Of a stretch of DNA of 64,000 nucleotides, positions 52,812 through 64,000 are shown piece after piece. The position numbers were made by a program, and so were the translations under genes. Every line of letters starts with the position of its first letter. Position 1 is the stretch's first letter. Source of the DNA: Malacoraja senta (taxonomy: Eukaryota). The stretch spans positions 8,496,001 through 8,560,000 of the forward strand of contig CM075991.1 in the NCBI GenBank assembly GCA_038087875.1, read 5' to 3'. Under the pieces are notes generated by a model. It ran no database searches and was not told the origin of the DNA. It saw nothing but the letters and a program-made list of their open reading frames with translations.

Positions 52812-55107
52812 GATCTCGTGTGGTTTCTGCTGCACAGTTCCCTGCCAAGGTAGGCAGAGCAGATGTTACAGGATAAAGTATCCTGTACACAGTCCGTCAA
52901 ACTAGCGAAGGCAAAACTCCTTCTGCACGGCCCCATCATTGTGGCCCTGTCTTTAACTCTTCAAACTGATGTACAGTGTTTTCCGCTTCATATCCTTGTC
53001 CTCGCTGAGTGATTTTGGCTTCTTGATGCTGAGTTGTGACATTTTTAAGCTGAGTGTGTACAACCTCGCTATAAGCCAGCTGGGACTGGACACATTTCTT
53101 CCACGTTGGAATGTTAGTTTAGTTCACTTTAATTGAGTTTATTGTCACGCGTACTGTGGCACAGTGAAAAGCTTTTGTTGAGCGCTATCCGGTCAGTGGA
53201 AAGACCATACACGATTACAATCGAGCCGTCCACAGTGTACAGATACATGATACAGGGAATAACAGTTAGTGCAAGTTAATGGTGTCAGGGGTTATGGGGA
53301 GAAGGCAGGAGAATGGGGTTGAGAGGGAGAGATAGATCAGCCACGATTGAATGACAGAATAGACTTGATGGGCCTGTCCCACTTTCACGACCTAATTCAC
53401 GACCTCTGCCGAGTTTGCCCTTGACTCATACTCGCAGCATGGTCGTCACGAGATCATAGGAGGTCGTAGGGAGGTCCGTAGCAGGCCGTGATGCTAGTCG
53501 TAGGTACTCGTGGCATCAAGTAGGTCGGGGCGAAGGGAATAACGTTTAGTGCAAGATAAAGTCCAGAAAAGTCCGATTAGAGATTGTCTAAGGGTCTGTG
53601 GAATTCTCTGCCTCAGAGGGCGGTGGAGGCGGGTTCTCTAGATGCTTTCAAGAGAGAGCTAGACAGGGCTCTTAAAAATAGCGGAGTCTGGGGATATGGG
53701 GACAAGGGGTACTGATTGGGGATGGTCAGCCATGATCACATTGAATGGCGGTGCTGGCTCGAAGGGCCGAATGGCCTACTCCTGCACCTATTGTCTATTG
53801 TCTATTGTCACCAAAGAGGTAGATAGTAGTTCAGCACTGCTCTCTGGTTGTGGTAGGATGATTCAATTGCCTGGGAAGAAACTGTCCCTGAATCTGTAGA
53901 TTTGTGTGTTTTCACACTACCTATACCTTTTGCCTGATGGGAGAGGGGAGAAGAGGGAGTGGCCAGGGTGCGACTCGTCCTTGATTATGCTGCTGGCCTT
54001 GCCACGGCAGCGTGAGGTATAAATGGAGTCAATGGAAGGGAGGTTGGTTTGTGCGATGGTCCGGGCTGGGTCCACGATTGTAGCGAGGAGGTATACCGAC
54101 CTTCGACCAAACCCAAGTTCCAGAAGGACCAAAGTGGGCCGGGCGAGGAGAGGGATGGCGATTCGCGGGACGACCGGATTGGAGGCGATGGCACTGTACA
54201 GTGGCACCTACATCACACCTCTTGCATACGGACTCAGTGGGCTCCTCTGTACATTCTGTACTAACTAACCAGGGGATTGTGTTTATGTACGAGGATAGTC
54301 TTGCTGAGCTGAATGCAAAAAAATGTATTTCACTGAGGCTGGTACATGTGGCAATAAGGAACCTATTGAACCGTTGAACCATTGATTGAACGATGTTTAA
54401 CCCGTTGTAACTACTGACAGATCACCAGGAGAGCAACTGGTCATGTAGGACCCACTGAACCCCACGACAGAAAGCGACACTTAGCTGAGCCAGACACCTT
54501 GTGTCACATTTATTCCTGAAGCCCCTCTCACCAATCATAACCCGTGGTAGACAAAAGTGCTGTAGAAACTCAGCGGGTGCAGCAGCATCTATGGAGCGAA
54601 GGAAATAGGCAACGTTTCGGGCCGAAACCCTTCTTCAGACATCATAACCCGTGTGCAGGTCAGGCCAATGAGTGCATCTGACCTTGGAGTTGTTATTGAG
54701 CTTGTGACTGGACCTTCCCGTGAGTCTGCTGGTGAGTCACAGTTTAAGGATAAGGAGTAAGCAATTTAGAACGGAGACGAGGAAACACTTTTTCTCACAG
54801 AGAGTGGTGAGTCTGTGGAATTCTCTGCCTCAGAGGGCGGTGGAGGCAGGTTCTCTGGATGCTTTCAAGAGAGGGCTAGATAGGGCTCTTAAAAATAGCG
54901 GAGTCAGGGGATATGGGAGAAGGCAGGAACGGGGTACTGATTGTGGATGATCAGCCATGATCACATTGGATGGCGGTGCTGGCTCGAAGGGCCAAATGGC
55001 CTACTCCTGCACCTATTGTCCATTGTCTATTGAGTCGCCAGCGGTGACAGGCTGTATGTAAAACCAACGTGGGCGTGAAGGCGCCCCAGTCAAGGATTTG
55101 GACAATA

Positions 55108-55417
55108 TTTTAGAGATACAGCGCGGAAACAGGCCCTTCGGCTCACTGAGTCCGCACCGACCAGCGATCCCTGCAACATTTACACTACCCTACACACACT
55201 AGGGACATTTTGATACTTATACCAAGCCATTTAACCCACAAACCTGTACGTCTTTGGAGTGTGGGAGGAAACCGAAGATCTCGGAGAAAACCCACGCGGT
55301 CACGGGGAGAACGTACAAACTCCGTACAGACAGCACCCGTGGTCGGGATCGAACCCGGGTCCCTGGCGCTGCAAGCGCTGTAAGGCAGCAACTCTAGCGC
55401 TGCGCCACCGGGCCGCC
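55108..55417 (-). mobile_element. Full-length HE1-like SINE
   Basis: Head, core and tail. Confidence 0.92.
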
Positions 55418-55954
55418 TCATGCTTTTCTCTACACTTTGTAGAGCTGAGGGAGTTTTAATTTCTAAGATGACTTGGGGGGGGGGGGGAAATGAGTTTTAA
55501 TGTCACCAGGGTAAATAATAGAAGGTCCTTGATTGAAAAATAGTGAAGTCATATAAAATATTACAATCCTTTAGGTATAGGTTTATTAATGTCATGTGTA
55601 CTGAGGTACAGTGCAAAGCTTTGGATGCTAACCAATCAACTCAGATAATAATAGAAACAATTGTAATCAAAATAAATCAGGTATAATAGGTAAAGCATTT
55701 GGAAAAGATACGGAGTGCAGAATATAGTTCTCAGCATTTTAGCTCAATAATTCCACAAGAATATTAAAGAGAATATTATTAGAACAGCGAGAAGTGTGCT
55801 AGATTTACAGGGTGAAAAGTGGTTTAAAAGAGTAAAGCTATTGTATTTGTTGATAGTAGATCCTCCTCTTGGATCAGCACACAAAGAGATGCCACTCTCC
55901 ACAACTCTTGACCCATTGTCAGTCTATCGTCAATATTTGTCACACAATAAACAC

Positions 55955-56650
<696 letters not shown>

Positions 56651-56713
56651 TCACTGCCTCTGTCAGCTTGTGTCCAACTGAATATTGTTGTTCGACAGTT
56701 CTCTCGGTCTGTG

Positions 56714-57000
56714 AAAGAAAGAAGACTCCCATTCTGATAGCATGGTCTCAGGACACCTCAAAGCACTTCACGGATAATTAACTACTCTTGAAATATAGTC
56801 AGTGTAGTGATATAGGAAGAAATCTGAGAACCATCGGAACACATTGGACAGGAATATGAAACATTTAGAGTCTTATCGCATCTCATCACATCTTCAAGAT
56901 TTCGCAGAACACCTCGCTAAGTTAATGTATTTTGAACTGCCACGACTATTAGGCAAGGAAACTTAATGGGCATTCTATGCCCACGGACAGCAATGAGGTG
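56714..57000 (-). mobile_element. Two highly decayed L2/Deu-SINE-type 3' tails
   Basis: CTCAGGACACCTCAAAGCACTTCAC...TACTCTTGAAATATAGTCA and a second, more divergent copy resemble ancient L2-type tails. Confidence 0.45.
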
Positions 57001-58009
57001 CAGGGGAAGGGCTATCAACCTTCTGGGATTAATCTGGAATCCAGGATACCGCTGTGAGAAAACCTTGCAATAAATTTATGCAGGCATATTAACAAAAATG
57101 CACTTTTATTCTTTGAACATTTCTGTATCTCAATAAAAAAACAAAACCCGGAAGTAGAAATATTTGCCTGACAGTCAAGAATCTTTCAATTGGTTAATTA
57201 TGAGACTAACGACTTTCTTAGATCTTTGACCGCCGGCCTGCGGTCCACATCATCCTGAAGCCGTGGTCTCCGGTAGGGAAGCACCGATTCTGGACTTACC
57301 TTCCAGACAAGAGGGCCTGTACATCTGGCCGCCCGCAGCGGCGACTGCAGAGGTTTGTGGTCCCGACCACGGGGAAAAACGGAGGAGGACTGACAGTGAT
57401 GAATGCTGTGGTGGATGTTTATTGTGAATTGTGTGTTCTTTATTATTGTACCGCTGCTGGCAAATTCACTTCACTGTGAGGAATAAATCTGACTATAGAC
57501 TATTGACTATTCTAAGGCCAGTGAAGTATGGAGGGGGAGTGAGCAACCAGAGAACAGTGCTGAACTACCATCCTACATCTTGGGTGACCCTCGGACTATC
57601 CTTGGTCAGATTTTGCTGGCTTTACTTGCACTAAATGTTATTCCCTGTCAGTTCTTTGATGTCTTTGATTCCTTGATTAGTACAGTTATCAGAGGTTATG
57701 AAGGCAGGGGAATGGGATTCGGAGGGAGAGATAGATCAGTCATGATTGAATGGCGGAGTAGATGGGCCGAATGGCCAAATTCTGCTCCTACCACATGATC
57801 AAATGATCTTATGTATCTATACACTGTAAATGGAACAATAGTATCATGTATTGTCTTTCTGCTGACTGGTTAGCGGACAGCAACATCTTTTCACTTTACC
57901 TCGGTACACGTGACAATAAACAACAAAATTGAACTGAGTGTGAAGGCAGTGGTTGGGGACCTCCAGGGAGGTATCCATAGGAGATATCACACTTATACGT
58001 TTTTTTAAT

Positions 58010-58410
58010 AAACATAGAAACATAGAAAACATAGAAAATAGGTGCAGGAGTAGGCCATTCGGCCCTTCGAGCCTGCACTGCCATTCAATATGATCATGGC
58101 TGATCATCCCCATCAGTACCCCGTTCCTGCCTTCTCTCCATACCGCCTGATCCCTTTAGCCACAAGGGCCACATCTAACTCCCTCTTAAATATAGCCAAT
58201 GAACTGGCCTCAACTACCTTCTGTGGCAGAGAGTTCCAGAGATTCACCACTCTCTGTGTGAAAAAAGTTTTTCTCATCTCAGTCCTAAAGGATTTCCCCT
58301 CTATCCTTAAGGTGTGACCCCTTGTCCTGGACTTCCCCAACATCGGGAACAATCTTCCTGCATCCTAACCTGTCCAACCCCTTAAGAATCTTGTAAGTTT
58401 CTATAAGATC
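58010..58410 (-). mobile_element. CR1/HER1-like LINE 3' fragment
   Basis: FPMLGKSRTRGHTLRIEGKSFRTEMRKTFFTQRVVNLWNSLP. Confidence 0.92.
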
Positions 58411-58902
58411 CTTTGGGTTGGGTTGCCTCCATCACAGTGAGGGTGTGCTTGGTCAACTCACTGTGGTGGATGTTTAATTTGTGTTTATTGTATGTTTTGT
58501 TATTATTGGTTCTGTGTATGACTGCAGGCAACATAATTTCGTTCAGACCGGATGGTCTGAATGACAATAAAGGAATCTATCTATCTATTCTATCTAATAA
58601 GTGCAGTAAATTGCCCCTAATATGTAGATCAGCGATAGAGTCAGGAGGAGATTGAAAAGGATGCCAAGCAAATGAAAAAATTGGACTAGTGCAAAGTGCT
58701 TTATAATCAGTGTAGATTTAGTCGATGAAGCACCTTCCAAGGTATATCACAATGGCAGACACAAAAAGCTGGAGTAACTCAGCGGGGTCAGACAGCATCT
58801 CTGGAGAAAAGTAATAGATGATGTTTTGGGTCAAGACCCTTCGTCAGACCTGAAGAAGGGTCTCGACCCCCTAAACCACCACCTATTCCTTTTCTCCAGA
58901 GA

Positions 58903-59419
58903 TAGAAACATAGAAACATAGAAATAGGTGCAGGAGTAGGCCATTCGGCCCTTCGAGCCTGCACCGCCATTCAATATGATCATGGCTGATCATCCAACTC
59001 AGTATCCTGTACCTGCCTTCTCTCCATACCCCCTGATCCCTTTAGCCACAAGGGCCACATCTAACTCCTCTTAAATATAGCCAATGAACTGGCCTCAACT
59101 ACCTTATTTTGGTAGAATTCCAGAGATTCACCACTCTCTGTGTGAAAAATGTTTTCCTCATCTCGGTCCTAAAAGATTCCCCCTTATCCTTAAACTGTGA
59201 CCCCTTGTTCTGGACTTCCCCAACATCGGGAACAATCTTCCTGCATCTAGCCTGTCCAACCCCCTTAAGAATTTTGTACGTTTCTATAAGATCCCCCCTC
59301 AATCTTCTAAATTCTAGCGAGTACAAGCCGAGTCTATCCAGTCTTCATATGAAAGTCCTGAAATCCAGGAATCAGTCTGGTGAACCTTCTCTGTACTCCC
59401 TCTATGGCAAGAATGTCTT
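58903..59419 (-). mobile_element. CR1/HER1-like LINE running into the gap
   Basis: Same subfamily as 45533-46050, with several small indels. Confidence 0.92.
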
Positions 59420-59619
59420 NNNNNNNNNNNNNNNNNNNNNNNNNNNNNNNNNNNNNNNNNNNNNNNNNNNNNNNNNNNNNNNNNNNNNNNNNNNNNNNNN
59501 NNNNNNNNNNNNNNNNNNNNNNNNNNNNNNNNNNNNNNNNNNNNNNNNNNNNNNNNNNNNNNNNNNNNNNNNNNNNNNNNNNNNNNNNNNNNNNNNNNNN
59601 NNNNNNNNNNNNNNNNNNN
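59420..59619. other. Assembly gap (200 N)
   Basis: Run of N. Confidence 1.
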
Positions 59620-60566
59620 ACCAAAACCAAGTAACCTACAAACGTACGTTTTTGGAGCGTGGGAGGAAACCGGAGTACCCGGAGAAAACACATGCGGCCG
59701 CAGGGAGAACGGACAAACTCCGTTCCTCATGGAAAGACCATGGGTTGGGAAAGACCTGTTAAACACAGAAGGCGGTGTACAGCCACTTTCATTAATCACT
59801 GCCTTTTGTGCAGGTGTTTCAAAAGAACTGTTCCATAAGACATGGGGACAGAATTAGGCCATTCGGCCCATCTTCTCCGCCATTCAATCATGGCTGATCT
59901 ATCTTTCCCTCTTAATCCCATTCTCCTGCCTTCTCCCCATAACCATTGACACCAATACTAATCAAGAATCTATCAATCTCTGCCTTAAAAATATCCATTG
60001 ACGGCCTCCGCAGCCTTCTGTGGCAATGAATCCCATGTACTGTGGGGTGCTCTGGCATGGTTAAAGGCTTCACAGCAAGGTGGACCTGATTAATGTTCCA
60101 TCTGACCTTGAGCTGGTTCTCGAAAGCTTGAACATACTCAAGTGGTAAGAGGATGTGTTGCTCCTAGGGCTTATATTGAAGCAATGTAGGAGGCTGAAGA
60201 GAGAGAGGTCAGAGGGGGGTGAGGTACAAATGAATGAAGTGATAGGAAGGAGATTTAAACTTCAGGGTCATCGTGCAATGTTCAAATGGGGGAAAATCCA
60301 CAGCACACATTCCAATTCTGAAGAAGGGCTTCGACCTGAAATGACACTCATCCTCTTCCTCCAGAGATGCTGCCTGGTCCTCTGTTACTCCAGCATTTTA
60401 GATGATTAAGGTTGGGAGGAAGCTCGAGCAGCGGTATTGGTCCCTCACAGCGCCAGAGGCCCAGGTTCGATCCTGACTCCAGGCGCTGTCTGCATGGAGT
60501 TTGTACGTTCTCCCCCGTGACCGCGCGGGTTTTCTCCAGGCGCTCCGGTTTCCTCCCACACTCCAA

Positions 60567-61037
60567 AGACAATAGACAATAGACAATAGGTGCAGGAGTA
60601 GGCCATTCGGCCCTTCGAGCCAGCACCGCCATTCAATGTGATCATGGCTGATCATCCCCAATCAGTACCCCTTCTCCCCATATCCCCTGACTCCACTGTT
60701 TTTAAGAGCCCTATCTAGCTCTCTCTTGAAAGCATCCAGAGCACCTGCCTCCACCGCCCTCTGAGGCAGAGAATTCCACAGACTCATCACTCTCTGTGAG
60801 AAAAAGTGTTTCCTCATCTCTGTTCTAAATGGCTTACTCCTTATTCTTAAACTGGCCCCTGGTTCTGGACTCCCCCAACATCGGAACATGTTTCCTGCCT
60901 CTAGCATGTCCAAGCCCTTATCAATCTTATATGTTTCAATGAGATTCCCTCTCATCCTTCTAAACTCCAGAGTGTACAAGCCCAGCTGCTCCATTCTCTC
61001 AGCATATGACAGTCCCGCCATCCCGGGAATTAACCTT
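60567..61037 (-). mobile_element. CR1 3' fragment nested in a plus-strand SINE (60440-61190)
   Basis: MAGLSYAERMEQLGLYTLEFRRMRGNLIETYK...; SINE CTCCAAAGAC|GTGCAGGTTTG is split. Confidence 0.9.
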
Positions 61038-61842
61038 GTAAACGTGCAGGTTTGTCGATTAGTTGGCTTGTGTAAAGCGTAAACTGTCTCTCGTGCGTAG
61101 GATAGTGCTGGTGAATGAGGTGGTCGCTGGTCGGTGCGGACTGGGCGGGCCGAAGGGGCCTGTTTCCTGCGCTGTATCTCTGCAGTCTAAAGTGCTGGTG
61201 GCCCTGAATTTGCAGCGTGGTAGCGGAGGGTGCATTCATCTCTCTGGATGGACAATCACCGACGCAAAACAAAGGAAGAATCTTTCATTCAAGTCGCGGG
61301 AACGAGGAGAGCTGGGAGAGGGAAGCTGGGCGGAGACTTTACAGAGAAAACTGCGGCTGAGGATGGATTTGTGAGGTTGTGGAGGGGGGGAGGGGGGTGG
61401 GGGGGGGAGTGGAGGATGAAACTCAAAATCAATGTGCGGAGCTTAAACAGTGGTGAGGAGTGATGGGAATTGAAGTGAAAAAGCTGGAATCAATTAATAG
61501 GAATTAGCAATTCATCTGAAAATGTGAGCACAGCAGCTCTATTCCCAGTTACACAAATCAAACCGACCAAATGCCAGCTCTCCGGAGATTTGTGTCTGGA
61601 ATAAAGAGAGAGAGAGAGAGAAAAAAAAAATTCAGACTGCTAGCAGTTTGGGAGTGAGTGTGTGCAGAATCTCGGCGATCTCATTAAGAAAAGGTGGCTC
61701 GATCAACACTTGCTCAACGATTCCTCGCTCCGTCTGCTCAGAACACGCTCATCTTTTTGCTTCCTCTCTCACCGCCCCAATTGGGTTGGGGGGGGGGGGG
61801 ATATCGGACACAGCCTGTCACCCAGGGGGCCCATTGTCCCCA

Positions 61843-62235
61843 GAATTAGAGTTTAGAAGGGGGGGGGGTCCTCATTGATACTTAGCCAATAGTGAAAGCC
61901 CTGGATAGAGTGGATGCAGAGAGGACATTTCCACCAGTGGGAGAGTCTAGGATTAGAGGTTACAGCCCCAGAATCAAAGGACGTACCTTTAGAAAGGAGA
62001 TGAGGAGGAATTTCTTTAGTCAGAGGGTGGTGAATCTGTGGAATTCATTGCCACTGGCGGCTGTGGAGGCCAAGTCTATATATACTTTTAAGGCGGAGAT
62101 TGACTCTTGATTAATAAGGGCATCAGGGGTTACGGGGAGAAGGCAGGAGAATGGGGTTGGGAGGGGAAGATGTGTCAGCCATGATTGAATGGCGGAGTAG
62201 ACTTGATGGGCTAATTCTGCTCCTAGAACTTATGA
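61843..62235 (+). mobile_element. CR1 LINE 3' fragment
   Basis: KALDRVDAERTFPPVGESRIRG...FFSQRVVNLWNSLP. Confidence 0.88.
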
Positions 62236-62266
62236 ATTATTGTGACGGAGTTACAATCGAGGGTCT

Positions 62267-62412
62267 CCTTCTTCCTCCTCTTGCGTATGGCGTGCACAGC
62301 CTAAAGTTGTAGGACAACCTGTTCTATTTGATCTTATTTGATTGTGCACGCCGGGTTGATTGCATTCGTCGAAACAGGGCGGACCACGTGAAGGTTGCAA
62401 TCTCCCACCCCA
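62267..62412 (-). mobile_element. Second copy of the HDV-ribozyme-headed short retroposon
   Basis: Reverse complement aligns end to end with 1649-1788; tail AAGAGGAGGAAGAAGG. Confidence 0.85.
62358..62411 (-). ncRNA. Minimal HDV-like ribozyme motif with canonical CGAA J4/2
   Basis: GGGGTGG-GA-GATTGCA-ACC-TTCACGT-GGT-CCGCCCT-GTTTCGA-CGAA-TGCAATC. Confidence 0.82.
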
Positions 62413-63416
62413 ACGGGGTCTGAGGAAGGGTCTCGACCCGGAACGTCACCTATTGCTTCTCCCCAGAGATGCCGCCAGACCCGCTGAGTTACTCCAGCTT
62501 TTTGTGTCTGTCTTCAGCCTGAGTGCGACGGTCTGGGCTGACATCCCTCCGTGGAGCCGAGGACAATAGACAATAGACAATAGGTGCAGGAGTAGGCCAT
62601 TCGGCCCTTCAATGTGATCATGGCTGATCATCCCCAATCAGTACCCCGTTCCTGCCTTCTCCCCATACCCCCTGACTCCGCTATTTTTAAGAGCCCTATC
62701 TAGCTCTCTCTTGAAAGCATCCAGAGAACCGGCCTCCACCGCCCTCTGAGGCAGAGAATTCCACAGACAGAAGGAGTAGTTTCATGATCAGCGGCACCAC
62801 GTTTCGAGGGGGGGGGGGCGTTAATCCTAGCCCTTCATCTCTTGGAAAGGTTCCCATGCAACACTCCGAAGAAGGCGATTGGAATGACCCCTGGCAGCCT
62901 GGCTGATGAATCAGTTGGCTTTGCTCAGATGAATCACCCGGTCATTAACGGACTGCTGACTGGGAGACTGCTGTGGTCAGATAGCCTGACATATTCCCTC
63001 ATTGAACAGAGCTCCTTCATTTCTAACTACTTCATTGGTTGCCAAGTGCATTACGATGCCCCCAGGTCACAAGGGGCACTGGTGGGGAAATTAAACTGTT
63101 CATTAAAATAAAGTAGAATAAAAAGACGTATTACCAATGGCGACCTTAAGCCCACCTGGCTTCACAAAGGTCTTTCAGGTACAAAATCATGAGAGGAATA
63201 TATTGGGTAGGTACATAGAGTTTCCTGCCCAGAGTAGGGGAATTGAGAAGCAGAACACATTGGTTTAAGGTGAGGGGGGGGAAAGATTTAATAGGAACCT
63301 GAGGCGTAACGTTTTCAAACTATGGGTGGTCGGTGTATGGAACGAGCTACCGGAGGAGGTAGTTGAGGCAGGTAATATCGCAACGTTTAAGAAATATTTA
63401 GACAGGTACTTTTGTA

Positions 63417-63655
63417 CCCGATCCTGACTATCTGTCTGTACCGAGTTTGTACGTTCTCCTGCGTGGGTTTTCTCCGAGATCTTCGGTTTCCTTCCACACT
63501 CCAAAGACGTACAGGTTTGTGGGTTAATTGGCTTGGTATAAGCGTCAAACTGTCCCTGGTGTGTGCGTTGGATGGTGTTAATGTGTGGAGATCTCTGGTC
63601 GGTATGGACACGGTGGGGCCGAAGGGCATGTTTCCGTGCTGTATCTCTAAACTAA

Positions 63656-63686
<31 letters not shown>

Positions 63687-63690
63687 CTAA
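63417..63690 (+). mobile_element. HE1-like SINE nested in a CR1 3' fragment (63180-63810)
   Basis: Core, tail and (TAAAC)n; CR1 resumes at GACAGGTTTAGAG. Confidence 0.85.
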
Positions 63691-64000
63691 GACAGGTTTA
63701 GAGTGATAAGGGCCAAATGCAGGCAGGTGGGTCTGGTATAGATGGGACTTGTTTGCCGATATGAACAAATTTGGGATGAAGGATCTGTTTCCAATCTGTA
63801 AGACTCTATGACACCATGAAAGGACGTCAGTTGTCCTTACCTGGCATTGAGGATATGTGACCCAGACCACTAAAATGGGGGAGACTTTTTGAAATGACTT
63901 AGCAAGATACTCACTTGTAACTACTGCAGGACATCAGCGGCTCAAGAAGATGGAAGGTGATCCCAGGAATGAGTAAGTTAACCAATGTTGAGGGTGTGTC

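Noticed and set aside
52960..53100. Short open frames and three GCTGAGT motifs
   Set aside because: No splice-bounded frame with homology; motif recurrence is compatible with chance.
58903..59419. Distinct frameshifted CR1 subfamily
   Set aside because: Small indels cluster next to a gap, consistent with low-quality contig-end sequence.

Overview
Eukaryotic, non-coding, repeat-dense window from a cartilaginous fish. An elasmobranch, probably a skate or ray, is inferred from HE1-type tRNA/V-SINEs that share their 3' tail with HER1/CR1 LINEs. No host protein-coding gene can be recognised; a few isolated splice-flanked candidate exons and AT-rich unique blocks suggest a large intron or gene desert. 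The window is filled with CR1, Rex1/Babar, L1 and Penelope fragments, Harbinger/Tourist-like MITEs, one non-autonomous Helitron, several non-tRNA short retroposons, long microsatellites and two 200-N gaps. Best finding: a ~140-nt retroposon present in two copies (1649-1788 +, ~62267-62412 -). Its first 54 nt fold into a complete minimal HDV/CPEB3-like self-cleaving ribozyme whose predicted cut site falls at the element's 5' boundary, followed by a stem-loop, a (GAA)n tail and, in copy 1, a 13-bp TSD. Penelope termini also carry minimal hammerhead-like motifs. All family names are by eye; no database search was run.
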